Source: the human T2T-CHM13v2.0 reference genome, Homo sapiens
Assembly: GCF_009914755.1 (NCBI RefSeq)
Contig: NC_060927.1
DNA: 64,000 nucleotides
Reading direction: 5' to 3' (one strand)
Part shown: piece by piece, positions 1 through 15,715 of the stretch
How positions within the stretch are numbered: position 1 is the stretch's first letter
Layout: each line of letters starts with the position of its first letter
Translations under genes and position numbers: made by a program
The notes under the pieces: model-generated
Told to the model about the DNA's origin: nothing
The model's input: the letters and a program-made list of their open reading frames with translations, nothing else
Databases searched by the model: none

Positions 1-895
1 TTCACAAAGTGCTATCCTCCAGGATGCCAGGAAATGAACTGGGGGACAGAAGAAAGAGTCAAGAAAAGAAGATAAAACTTAGCTGGTAGCCTAGTGGCAT
101 AATAGCTAACATGTCTAACCATTAGCAAATGCTCAAAAATCCTGAGCCCAGAAAAGCCTTATTCACTACCGTTACAGAAATAAATCTAGAAGGTTAGCTA
201 TGCTGAATATGTTAGGGAAATGGAGAAGCACTGCTATTTTGATAATCAATTCAAAAGAAAATTAAATTTACTAATGGAAACTACCGCTATTCATTTTCTG
301 GACATATGTAAAGATAAAGCCAGCTTAAAACAACAAATAACCAACCTAGTCTTTTAACCTTCAGATATGGTGCAAAAGCATGACCTAAAAGATACTTTTT
401 CATTACTAGCGAAGCAGGCTTTAGTCTCAAACTTTACCTTAGACCATTCAACGTCTGCCCATTTGTCTTGTACTGACTTTTCCTTTCAGTGCCCTGGATG
501 TCAAGGGAACTTGGCTGCCAAAGACTGAGGCTGGAATCAAAGTGCTCTGGGCTTTCCCACCAGAACTCCATCCATGGGGCATAGAAGCAGACTTGGAAAC
601 AGACAAGTGCTGTGTCTGCAAAATAAACTAACTAGTGTAGGGCAAAATGGGCTCTATGCTTTCCTCAACCCCAGCCCCAACAAAAAGCAAGATCCTTGTG
701 GTCATTTTGCCTTTGCTTACATCCACTGCTGCCTGAAGCTAAAGAAAGGCTCCTTAGTAGACCATGGTAAGCCCCCTTTTATCCTCCTGCTGTCAGGGAT
801 GAAAGATTCCAAGCCTCAAGTGCAACACAGCTGCAGACGCCGACTTTTCCAAAAGATAAAAATCAAAACCCAAAAAAGACCACAAGTTCACTTTG

Positions 896-900
<5 letters not shown>

Positions 901-937
<37 letters not shown>
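901..937 (+). repeat. Poly(A) mononucleotide tract (A37)
   Basis: 37 uninterrupted A; no Alu or L1 body recognisable immediately upstream. Confidence 0.95.
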
Positions 938-938
<1 letters not shown>

Positions 939-1257
939 AGGCCTTCTCAGAGTGGCTACTTTCCAGACACCAGACACACAAATGCTTTAAAGACAAAAGC
1001 AGGTTGTTACATTTGTCAGGGTGAATAAAAAGCCTAGAGCAGGACTCTCAAGTCTCTCTTTCTGTGCTAAGGAATGTCTTCCCAATTTTTTGCAGCCTTG
1101 AGGACCGGGAGATGACTGGGAAATTGCTGACAGGGCAGGGAAAGGGCTATACTCTACATGCTGGCATTCACAGACAAACACGGAGGGGCAGCAACAGCAA
1201 AGAGGAGTCTTGGTGGTCTTCCTGGAGTTCCCAGGCTTTACTGGCCATGGATCCTGT

Positions 1258-1925
1258 TATTCAATCAAATACTTATTGTGTGCCTACTACATATTGGGCA
1301 CTATTCTAGGCCCTGTGGATGTATTAGTGAACTAAGCAGGAAAAAAAATCACCTACTCATGTGAAGGTTATGTTGCAATAGACTTTGGAGACAGAGACAG
1401 ACAATAAATTAAACAAATAAGTAAAGTTTATAATACCTTAGAAAATAAAAAGCACTATAAATAAAATAAAGCCAGGAAGAGATATAGGAATTGCCAGAAG
1501 GGCAAATGGTAGACTTGCCATTTAAAATTGGCGTTCATGGAAGATTACAGGAAAAGTCAAAGTTTGAAAGATTTGAAGGAGGGAAGGGAGTAAACCAGAT
1601 ATTTGGGAAGAAGAGTGGTAGTGGAAAAGAGAGAGCAAGAGCAAAGACTGAGAGGAAGGACCTTGCCAGCCACGTTCAAAGAACAGTAAGCAGGATTCAT
1701 GTCTGCAGTAGAGACAGTGATGGGGCAGAGGTTAGAGATGAGGTCAGAGAAGCAGTTTTGGACCAAATTATATATGGATTGATAAAACACCAGTTTTTGC
1801 TCTGATGTGGGCAGTCCTCAGAAAGTTTTGAGCAGAGGTATGATACAATATAACTTGGCTGCTGAATTGAGAAGGACAGAAGCAAGGAGATTAGTTAGGA
1901 GGCCATTACAATAATACAACTAGTA
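1258..1925 (-). mobile_element. L2 LINE 3' fragment
   Basis: Starts attcaatcaaatacttattgtgtgcctactacatattgggcactattctagg, the reverse complement of the L2 3' end, followed by purine-rich L2 body. Confidence 0.7.
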
Positions 1926-1939
1926 CTCTGGCGATTTCA

Positions 1940-4660
1940 ATAGGCATCTTAATTTTTTCACAGTCTACCTTCAAATAATACTATACTACTTCATACATAA
2001 TGTAATAACCAAGTCACTGCAACAGAATACTTCCATTCCTCCCTCATTCCTTTGTGCTATTATCATATTTTACTCTTATGTTATAAACCGCACAATGCAT
2101 TATTATTTTTGCTAAAAAGAAAATTATTTTTTCAAAGAAATGTAAACATGAGGAAAGAAAGTCTTGCATATTTTCCCACATATTTACTATGTCTTGCACT
2201 CTTCATTCTTTTTTGAGGTCCAAAGTTCCCTCTGGCATTTTCCTTCATCTTGAATTTTTTTTTTATTATTATTATACTTTAAGTTTTAGGGTACATGTGC
2301 ACAATGTGCAGGTTAGTTACATATGTATACATGTGCCATGCTGGTGTGCTGCACCCATTAACTCGTCATTTAGCATTAGGTATATCTCCTAATGCTATCC
2401 CTCCCCCCTCCCCCTACCCCACAACAGTCCCCAGAGTGTGATGTTCCCCTTTCTGTGTCCATGTGTTCTCATTGTTCAATTCCCATCTATGAGTGAGAAT
2501 ATGCGGTGTTTGGTTTTTTGTCCTTGCGATAGTTTACTGAGAATGATGATTTCCAGTTTCATCCATGTCTCTACAAAGGACATGAACTCATCATTTTTTA
2601 TGGCTGCATAGTATTCCATGGTGTATATGTGCCATATTTTCTTAATCCAGTCTATCATTGTTGGACATGTGGGTTGGTTCCAAGTCTTTGCTATTGTGAA
2701 TAGTGCCACAATAAACATACGTGTGCATGTGTCTTTATAGCAGCATGATTTATAGTCCTTTGGGTATATACCCAGTAATGGGATGGTTGGGTCAAATGGT
2801 ATTTCTAGTTCTAGATCCCTGAGGAATCACCACACTGACTTCCACAATGGTTGAACTAGTTTACAGTCCCACCAACAGTGTAAAAGTGTTCCTATTTCTC
2901 CACATCCTCTCCAGCACCTGTTGTTTCTTGACTTTTTAATGATTGCCATTCTAAATGGTGTGAGACGGTATCTCATTGTGGTTTTGATTTGCATTTCTCT
3001 GATGGCTAGTGATGGTAAGCATTTTTTCATGTGTCTTTTGGCTGCATAAATGTCTTCTTTTGAGAAGTGAAATTTTCTTTATGATTTCTTCTAGTGCAGA
3101 AAGGCTGAGAATGAGTTATCTCAGCTTTTGTTTGTCTGAAAGTGTCATTTTACCTTCACTTTTGAAGGATATTTTCACTGGGGATATAGAATTCTAAGTC
3201 ACCATATTTTTTTCTGCCCATGATATTAAAGATGCCATTTTATTATCTTCTAGACTGCATTGTTTCTAGCAAAAAATCAGTGGTATGTCTTACTTTGTTT
3301 CTCTGTAAGATGCCTTTTTCTTTGGCTGCTTTTAAGACTTTTAAAGAATCTCTGATTGTAATTGTGATATACATTAGTATAGTGTTTTTATGCTTATTCT
3401 ATTTGGGACTCATTGAGCTTCTTGGATCTGTAGGTTTACAGATTTCATCAAATTTGGGGATTTTTCAGTCATTAATTTTCTATCTCCTGTCCCATCTTTT
3501 CATTCTGGGATTCCAGTTACATATGTTAGAACCCTGTGTTCCCATGGGTCACTGAGGCCCTGTTCATTATTTTTGAGCTTTATTTTTCCTCTGAGCTTTA
3601 GTTCAGATAGTTTCTACTATGTCTTTAAGTTATATGATTGATCTTTTTTTTCTGGAGGGTCCAATTAACTGTTATCCTCATCTAGTTAGTTTTTTTATTC
3701 CTGATACTGTGTTTCTCAGTTTAGAAGTTCCATTTGATTTTTTCTGTATTTTTCATTTGTCACTTCATTGTGTCCATATTTTAATTGAAATCTCTATACA
3801 TATTTACATGGCTGTTTTAAAATCTTTGTCTGGTAATTCCATTATTTCTATTATTCCTGGGTCTGATTCTATTGACTAATTTGTCTCCTGGTTATGGGTC
3901 ATATTTTCCTGCTACTCAGAGTGTCTAGTACTTTTTAATTAGTTGAAAAACACTATGAACATTACGTTGCTGAATATCTGGATTTTTCTGTCTTCTTCTA
4001 AAGACTGTTGAAGGTTATTTTGGCAAGCAGTAAACATTTCTTGCAAATGAGATTTTAAAGGCTTATGTTTATGATCTGTTAAGATAAGTCAAATGTAGCC
4101 TTTACCTTAGAGCTAATTTAGTCCTCCTACTGAGACATTACCCTTTTGGGTATCTCTAATGAATGCACGAGGTGTTCAGTGCAGTCTCCCAATGTGGTGG
4201 GAACTGAAACATCTCCCAGCCCTGTGTGAGATCTGGGAAAGGTTTAGCTCACAGTTATCCAGTCACTTCCATTGCCCAACCTCGTGAAGCGTCACCATTT
4301 GCATGAACATCTTAGCATTCAGCAAAAATTCAAGAAGAATCCTATGCATATTTCTGGAACTATTTTTTATACATAATTCTTTCCTCCTAGTGCTCTGTAC
4401 CACAAATGTCAGTAACTTTGTTCTCCACAAATTCCAATTTTATCCCTTCAACTCAAAAGTCCTGCTGGGCTTTGATTATGTTTCATTTCTCTGTGGCATA
4501 GTCCAGAAAGTACCTTCAGGCTAAACTTGGAGTGAGCTTAGAAATTATCTTGTCTGTTGTCCTTCTCTCAGGAGCCACAGTCCTACAATACCGGTTGTCC
4601 AACAACCAAAAATCATTATTTTAAATTTTGTTCAATTTTCTGGGTTTCTTTATGGTGGGA
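1940..4660 (-). mobile_element. Old L1M fragment (ORF1/5' region), interrupted by a young L1PA
   Basis: T-rich antisense L1M-like text (ctcagcttttgtttgtctgaaagtgtc...gaaggatattttcactggggatatagaattct) is continuous across the 2255-3069 insertion. Confidence 0.65.
2255..3069 (-). mobile_element. 5'-truncated L1PA (L1PA2/PA3-like) 3' end
   Basis: Poly(T) then tatactttaagttttagggtacatgtgcacaatgtgcagg (L1 3' UTR antisense); ORFs 2476-2718 and 2827-3030 translate as the ORF2p C-terminus ([34 protein letters not shown]). Confidence 0.95.
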
Positions 4661-4906
4661 GAGCAAGGACAGAGCTAGAAAGAACTTGAAAAGGAAGTCC
4701 ACATCCTTCCCTTTTGTAGATGAAGCAACAGAGACTCAGGGTGGAGTTGCAGTACACTCAAGGTCACACAGCTACTGGTAGAAGCATTAAGCTCAGAAGC
4801 TGTTTTCGAAGTCCAATGTCTTTCTCACTCCAGCGTGCTGCCTCTTACAGAATGATTGGTAGAGTGTAGCGTATTAGTTTCCTAGGGCTGTTGTAACAAA
4901 TTATTA

Positions 4907-5681
<775 letters not shown>

Positions 5682-7479
5682 TCACATGGCCTTATCCTAT
5701 CCTCTGTTTGTTTATGTCTTCTCCTCCTCTTATAAGGATACTTGTCATTGGATTTAGGGTTCACCCAGTAAACTCACGATGATTTTATCTAGAGATCCTT
5801 CACTGAATTATATCCGCACATACCTTTTCTCCAAATAGGGGTACATTCACAGGTACTGGGGATTAGGACTGGATATATTCTTTTTGGGAAGGGGCACAAT
5901 TCAACTCTCAAAAGATAGAAAAGGGGAAAGGTAAATAATATAGTCAAAGTAACAATTTGGGAATATTTATCTCATATAAAAGCAGACATTGAAGTTTCCC
6001 CCAGCTGAATCTATTTTGGAGAATTTGAAAGGGTTTCCATCTAGGACCGTGAAGGAAAAAAAAAATGCAAAAGCAGGTTGATAATGTTATATTTTACCTG
6101 GGCACAATCATGGTACTGGCTCACACCTCACTACATTCATTAAGTGCATCACGCATTTAACACCATTGTTAATTTGGCCAAATAATCCAAGATGCAACAA
6201 GGAATTATTGCTTTCAGTTACTCTAACCTCTTTTGTCTCTAATAACCATATCAGTCATGACTAGAGGCTTGAATCCTGAAAACGGGGACACGTAGTAAAG
6301 ATAAATTACTAACAAGCCCTTACCCATAATAGGAGGAAAGTCATCACTATAATAATTCTGTTTGCTGAGATGACCCAATGCCAGTTTCAGAGTCTTTATT
6401 AGGTCAAAAGGAAAGGACATCTAATTGCTATCTTAGCTATCATTTTTCACTAACCACTGAAATGTGTGGGGTTTTTTTTAGCCTGAAGTCTTTTTTTTTT
6501 TAATTTTTCCAACTTTCTTAGCAGTTTCAGATGGTACATTGTGAGACAAAGGCAAAAGCAACAGGGAGAATCATCTCATGAGAAAAATTAGCAATAAAGC
6601 ACTGTGACAGGACAGCAAAGGCACTTTGTTAAAAAATTATTTCAACCTGAATAATTTGACAGTGTTAATTTGTTAAGAAAAAAATATCTAGAACACATAC
6701 CACCCTGAGATCCTTAAGCAGTTCTCTGAAACTTTGTTTAATACAAACACTTCCACTGCATTGCAATTGGGAATACATCTTTCAACCCACATTTTGCCTG
6801 GTTATAAGTCCTATTGGGTACTGAGCAGAGGCAGTCAATTTGGTTTGCTTTATGATCTGAACCAAACACAAATATTAAGTGAGGTCAAATAACACACCCC
6901 ACTGGCAATCCTCAAATCTCTAAAGCTGATTTAAAAGAGACTGGGAAATTGAGCTCAACAGAAATGGCAAAAATAAAGAAGTTCATTTTTAATGAACAAG
7001 GAAGCCTACCAATACCAATCTCCATTGGGCCACAGATGCCTCATTGTGCCCAAATTGGATTGGAATGCACAAGCCAACAAGCACAAGCACAACTGCCCCT
7101 CCACCCCCACAAAAAAAATCACAATTTGGCAGAAGAGAAAGATTTAGAGGAATGTTAACTTAATGCACCTAAAATTCAAATCATGATTAGAAAAGGGTAT
7201 TCTGGATATGACAGTTTAAGGTAGGTAAAGAGAGTTACGAATATGTTCAAAGTAATTGGAAAATGAGCCTAATACCAAGAGAATTACAGAATATTGGTGA
7301 TGGAAGAGAATTAGAGAATAATTTTTACCTTAAAGTGTAGATCCTGAGTTCAGGAAGAAGCAGTTACTTGCTCAAGGTCAGTGTCTAAAACTAAAACGGG
7401 ATTAGAACCCACACCCTTTTGAGTCTGGTGCTCTCTCTACTCTGCCAATTGTTCTCAAGGCTGTGGGGGGATGTTAAGA

Positions 7480-8300
7480 GTTTCTCAAAGTTCACAACTG
7501 GGCCTCTTTCTTTCTCTCTCCTCCTCTTCCTTATCTCATTCTTTTCCCAAGCTTTTATTCTCATTGACAGACTTAGTCATCCAAACGTATTTCTCCAGTT
7601 CTGACATCTCTGAACTCCAGACTTAGAATCAACAGTTCTATTTCTGGGTCTCCCAGGCCGCTCAAACTTAACATGTGCAAATGTAAACATCTACCCCCCA
7701 TCCTTCCCACTACAGACTTGTTCCTCCCTGCTTGTTCTCTATCTACTAGATGGAACTATCATCTTACCAGTGTCAGCCTTGAATTGGTATCTTTTCTTTA
7801 CTCTTTCCCTACAGCCAACCATCAGTAAGACCTCCTAAGTGTATCTCGAAAACATCTATCCACTTTCTCTGACCCCACCTTAGTCCAAGCCACCAACATC
7901 TTGTTCCTGGACTGCCTCCTAACCTCTCTCTCTGTTCTGATTTTTCCACTTCCAGTTCATTTGCCACACAGTAGCCAGAGTGATCTTTTAAAGACATTCC
8001 GTTTACAATAAAATCCAAACCCCTCACCATTGCCTATAAGATCAGGCATTATTTGTCCGCTTACTTCTCTAATCTCATGGCGTGCCACCTTCTTCCTTGA
8101 CCCCTCTGCTCCTGGTATACTGAACTCTCTAAATTCTCAAAACATACCACGCTTTTTCTAGTGCAGGACCTTTGTACATGCTGCTCCCACTGTCAGGAGT
8201 GCTCTTTTCATTGTGAAAGGCTGGTTCCTTTTATAATTCCGGGCTCATGTTATATGTCACTTCTAAAAAAGAGGCCTTTCCTGATCACTCATCTCAATGA
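7480..8300 (+). mobile_element. L2 fragment (5' part; continues at 12249)
   Basis: Pyrimidine-rich L2 body (ctcaaacttaacatgtgcaaa, cacacagtagccagagtgatcttttaaa, gaggcctttcctgatcac). Confidence 0.8.
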
Positions 8301-8491
8301 CATATTTTTTTTAATTTAATCTTTCAATTTCAATTAATCTTTAATATTTCAGAAAGTATATCAACATTGCCTAACATGCTGTTTTACACACAATAGATAC
8401 ATGATCAATGTTTGATATAAATATACATATCTTTAAAATCTTTGGTTTAACCAGCTAAACTTTTAATATTTTATGAACTAGTTAGCCCTGA

Positions 8492-8833
<342 letters not shown>

Positions 8834-8841
8834 TAAAACTG

Positions 8842-9003
8842 TTTTTAGAGATAGAGTCCTGCTATGTTGTCCAGGCTGGAGTGAAGTAGCTATTCACAGG
8901 CATGATCATTGCACACTACAGTGTTGAACTTCTGGGTTCAAGTGATCTTCCGACCTCAGCCTCCCAAGTAGCTGGGACTACAGGCATGTGCCACTGAGTC
9001 CGG
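8842..9003 (-). mobile_element. FAM fossil Alu monomer
   Basis: Contains the 7SL-derived segment gctattcacaggcatgatcattgcacactacag that is typical of FAM. Confidence 0.85.
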
Positions 9004-9926
9004 TGTATTTTTATAAGATTTTTAAAAAGATAACATATTCTAAATTATGACGTCCACATACCATTTACTTTTGTGTGGAATTATAAGGTGATATTTTAAA
9101 TGATGGGAATGAACAAGTTGACATGTATATCAGTAACCTCTAAACATCTATTTCAAACATCTATTAACTGAAAGTGATGATTCCTCCAGCTCTTATACTA
9201 AGAACTTCCATACATTAGAGCAATATACATATTCAAAAAGTGACCTAGTTCAATTAGACAAGTAAATAATTTTCCTATGTTTAGGTAAATTTGAAAAATA
9301 TACATAATTACTACCTCATCCTAGTTAGAATCTCATTTATATTTATTCCACTATGTTCATGATTTTGTAACCAACTTGGAAGGCATCGTATTATTAAAAG
9401 TGTATCAGATTAGCTCCCTCAACTTACTATGTCTAGTAACCATTCTGAAGAAATAGGCACTGGCTTTGAATATGGCCTGTTCCAGTTTGTGAACAGTCGT
9501 AGGCAAGTAAAGTTGTTGGGCAAAGAGGTGAGCTATAGGATGACTGAGGGTAAATTGTCACTACTGTATATAAAGAAGACAAATGAGATATAGGAAGAGA
9601 TCTGTTATAATAACATATATGACATATATCTAAGTTTTTCATATATTTCAGAATTATAGAAAAAAAAGTACGTAATCTTTTCTAAGATGTATGGATGACT
9701 TACTTTTAATAATATTTCTTGATTTATAATGTAAATAAGATTAAGCGAATATGGGTTACTCTTGAATTTAAAAATTGGCACATGTAAATGAGCATTTTAA
9801 TACAAATAATTAGAATATATTTATACTGTATACACAGCTACACAACGGAAGATACTACTAAAATTTTGCTCTATAGCACATTATGCTAGAAAACATAGAA
9901 TTCTAGAATTCTCTTTAAAAAGATCA

Positions 9927-10133
<207 letters not shown>

Positions 10134-10429
10134 TCATTGATCAAGTTGTGTGTTATAAAGCAGTACCAAAATCATATTTGGATATAATTTTACCATTACA
10201 CCAGTATCTCTGCTTTCAGTTATTGTGGCAGTACACACTGCTCCAAATTCTAATTGCTGCTCCTGATCATCCTTGCGGATTTCAGCAATGAAGTCTCTTG
10301 CCTCATGCATAGCACCGGGTGTTGGTGCAAATATAGAAAACGTTTCTTCATCCACCTGACTAATAGTTACAACTGTTTCAGCCTGAAGTTTTTTAAGTTA
10401 TATCCACCTGGTCCAACAAATTTTTCTCA

Positions 10430-10591
<162 letters not shown>

Positions 10592-10770
10592 TTAATATCT
10601 GCCTGTAATGCAGTTATTCCTTTATTAGTGCCAGCTATTTTGAAGTCCATGTCACCATTGTAAGCTTCAATTCCCAGAATATCTGTTAGCAAATGATAAT
10701 CTTCTATTTCACCCTTCTCAAGATCGGTTTTGGTGGCCAATCCCATTGCTACACCTGTGACAGCAGATTA

Positions 10771-11700
<930 letters not shown>

Positions 11701-12248
11701 TCATACTGTCCCAACAGGTCCATTCCAAAGAGTATCTGATAATGAGAGGGCTACAGAGGTGCCATTAATTGCTAGGACATCAAGTTCATTAATACCATCT
11801 ACTGCTAACAGATTACACAGAACCTGTATATCACAGAAGCAGCCAGCTGGAAAGATAGGTCTAACTGAACAATCTACTATTCAACGTGTAAGAATTTCTT
11901 TATCAGAAGTACTAATCTCTCTTCTCAGAGGGTTTGTGGGAATTCTACCTACTGCAGCAGCCTTTTGTCTGTAGTCAACCACCAAAGGCATAAACTGGGA
12001 AGGGGAAGGTTTTGTTTTACTGACGGCTGTGGCCATTACCGCAGTGTCACCTGACTGTATTACAGCAGAGCCATTTGCAAATCTGGCCAGCTTTCCAGAG
12101 GATATTTCTAATTTCCTGTTGCCCAAGTCCATGGCCACAGCTTGAGACCCTGTGCTACTCAATAGTGCTCGCACCTGCAACTGGATGAGTGCCCGATCCC
12201 ACCCTGGCAGACAGAAGGGACCATCACTCAGCGGCCGGAGCCACAGGC

Positions 12249-12490
12249 TCAGTGAGGTCTTAGCTTCCTCCTGTTATCCTCTGTAGCAATGCCTTAGTGT
12301 TTCCTTCACAGCACTTATTACAATTTGTAGTCATTTACTGATGTGATTATTGGTTATTATCCCTCATGAGTCTCACAGCTAAATGACAGCAGGGATCAAG
12401 TCTGTCTTCTTCCCTGTGTCACAGCTGTATCTGGCACCAAGCACATACAAGGCATTTGATAAGTATTCTTTAACATAATGAAAATGAAGT
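12249..12490 (+). mobile_element. L2 3' end (continuation of 7480-8300)
   Basis: cacagcacttattacaatttg...ctggcaccaagcacatacaaggcatttgataagtatt...aatgaaaatgaa matches the L2 3' terminus. Confidence 0.75.
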
Positions 12491-15249
12491 ACATTTATAA
12501 CACTATTCTTTCTACCCAAAGAGAACAAAAAAATTATGGACTTCCATTCTGTGTCAATATATTCAACAGGATAGAAGAAATAACACAACTGAAGGTTGCA
12601 AAATACTGAAAGTTATCAACGCTTATTCTCTAGAGATCCTTGTTAAACAATGTCCCATCCATCAAGGGTGAATTAGATTTGTCCCTGGCTTGAGGACAGA
12701 ATAAGATGACTTCACCCGACTCCTTATAAACTTATAATTTTATGAAAAATCCATAAGCTCTCATCTTTCCAGCACTCTGATAACGAGGTAATTACCCTTT
12801 TAATGAAAAAGGAAGCCTTTTTATATCTATCCCCATTGAATTATGGACCTCAAAATTGAAATGAAGTCTAATAGACATCAAGCACAACTACCTGCCAGTT
12901 CCTAACAAGGATGAGGAAAAAAAAATAGTGATATCTGGGGAGCCAACGGGCAGTATGACAGGGTGTCCTTCCTGCCTTCTCTGATGACACTTTGCTATCA
13001 ACACCAGTTCTTCCTTTTGTGCCTTACTCAGTTTGTAAGCCAGTCTGCAACAGTAGAAAAGTCATTAGTCACCCTTCCCTATCTGTTCCATGGGCTTTGA
13101 AATGAAGCCCTGGTTCAGGTTCCCATTTAGGTGTGACTTTCTCCATTCCTACTATGTTGACTGTAATCAAAGGGCTGGGCTCAGTCCTGACAACACGTTC
13201 AGATCCCACACTGCACTAGCCCTGCTCTAGAATCTCAATCTATTTTCCCAGTGTCCTAAGACCTGTCAAAGCCCCTGCCACCAGCCTCTTCCACTACTGA
13301 CTGAGCTCTTCCATCAAACGACTGATTAATGGAACCACAACACCGACACCCCACATGAATTGCACCCGGAGCCCACAATCCATACTCCTTCCCCATGCTC
13401 CTTCAGTTTATCGATGCTGTTTAATTATCAGTAGTGGCTCGGATTAAGCCCTAAACATCTAGCTACCCTGTTCCACAGCCAAGACTGTTACTCTCACTCC
13501 TCACTCCTAGGTCTTGCCTAACTCCCCCCATTTCAGGTATTTTATAGCTGAGTCTCTACAAGTTATCACTCACAGCTAAATTCACACTTTTACTTGGTCT
13601 CTACATTTTAATCCTTGGTGATCTCTTTTTATGCAATTGCCAGTTTAGAGGCATAATCTTGTAAACCTTTACCTTCTGGACAGTAGCATCGGAAAGTTCA
13701 TTACTTTCAGTTACGATACAACAGCGAGTGACAAATGCAGCTTTGGAAAGCGGAAAACTTCTTTCTCCTTGAGAGTCTCTGCACAACTTTCCACATTTGG
13801 AACCCAAGGACATTTCCTTTCTCTCTCTGCTAACATGGAGTACAGAAAGGTTACATTAGCTAATAAAAGCCCTCTGCTGACAAAAGATGCGTTTGAAAAG
13901 TCACTCGAAAAGGGAGCTCTCTCGATAGCTTTATTAAAATAAAATGCCATATCTTTGTGAAGTTAAAAGTCTCTGGATTGTGGTTAAAAGTCTGGTCTGC
14001 TCCTTATACAATGGAAAGTCTTTCAAAAGCCATGTGTTTCTTAAGCTGGCCTCACCATGCATAACAGCTAGAATATAAATCTAGACTCTCGCCGCCCATC
14101 TATCTTTTCTTTTCTGTGTCATGTAGAGGTTCCTATGTGAAGGAAAGATCTCCAGAATAAGATGAGAGATAGCTTTTATAAGAACACCAAATGATAGAAA
14201 TTATGGAAATCATGATATTGAAATAATTTCTTCCAAGTTAAAACATCAGGAACATTTTTGCTTATCAGATAGGCAAGAATACTTAAATTTGAATGTTGGT
14301 CAGCATTCAACAAGAAGGCAGTGCCTAGACCCTTGGCTTATGAATTGGGGGCAATTGCAGCTTCCTTCATTCCTCTGAAGGGTTGAGAACTTATGCAAAG
14401 CCATGGGTGCAGTGCTGTCCGACGCCCTGCAGAGGTGATGCCAAGAGTAAGGCTAAATATGCCGTTTTTGAGAGGGAGCCCAGAAAGCCAGACTTCAGCA
14501 GACACCAAAGAGTCTATTGAACTACTCTGATGGGAGGATATGCAAGAGCAATGCTGAATAGTAACACCCCTGAAGAGAGACACCATGGAAAGTAGTTGTC
14601 GGACTTGTGGCTACAAACAACAAGAAAGTCCTTCGCCTGGAGCTGCCTCTGGAAAGAGCAGCTAGACTCTAGCTGGAGAGTCTGACAGAGAAACACTTCC
14701 TAGCAGAGGCTCAGCTTCTTGCCCTTCCAGAATGAGAGGCTGTGTGGTTTTGTGTTCAAGATCACGCTATGAACATGATATGAACGGTTGGTATGTTGAG
14801 TCACCTTCATTGAAAAGAGAGAATAAGAAATTGCTCCCTGAAACCTAGAATAGATGGTGCCCCAGGATTGATCACAATAATCATTGGGAATATACATTGT
14901 AGAGACCTCAGATTCCTATTGCACATGTGTCCTACAAAGAAGGGTTACAGAGATTCTATCTTGAATTGTTTGTGAATTTTTCCACATGCATTACTTTTGC
15001 TGGATTATAAACTTCTACAACACAACCATATGTTTCACTTCTTATAAAATCTCTCACAGGGTCTAAGTCAAAGTCAAAGGACCGTCATTAATCAGTTGAT
15101 TGGCACTAGAGTGGTTGGCCTAGCGTTGGTGGACATAGTCATTCTCAGTGTCAGAAAATCTTGCACCCTATCGGAAAAGCGTAAGAGGAAACACAAAAAT
15201 TAAACAGAGGATACAGCAACATAATAGTTCTATAAAGATAGTACATACT

Positions 15250-15715
15250 GGGAGTCTAAAAAACATCCATATCTTTTGACATAAATCTATTGCTAGAAAA
15301 TCATCCTACCAAAATATCTAAAGAGTAAAGAAACTTTATGAAGAAAGTCATTCTTTGAACAGAATATAGAAGCAGAAAAATTTTGAAACAATCTAAATAT
15401 CAACAATAGAGGATATGTTATATAAACTAAGAATCTTCTTCTGTGTAAACCTGCTATTAAAAATAATGCTTAAGAAGTATTTTCAAAGGTTTAACAAGTG
15501 CTTATGACGTAATGTTCGGCAACAAACAATTGTATACAAACTAGGATCTCAATTATGTTGAAGTGTGTAGAATATTGACAGTGGGTATTTCTGAGTGGTA
15601 GGATTTGGGGTGTTTCTAATTTTCTTGTTTGAACTTTCTATTTTATACTTTTCAAGTTTCCTGCAATAGTAATGTTTTACTTTTATAATCAAAAAACTAT
15701 TGAAATAATACTTTA
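15250..15715 (+). mobile_element. Ancient L1ME-like 3' fragment
   Basis: ttgaaacaatctaaatatcaacaatagagg and gacagtgggtatttctgagtggtaggatt resemble the L1ME 3' region. Confidence 0.55.

Noticed and set aside
574-996. 138-aa poly-Lys and 67-aa poly-Phe ORFs
   Set aside because: Both simply read through the A37 run; no recognisable protein similarity.
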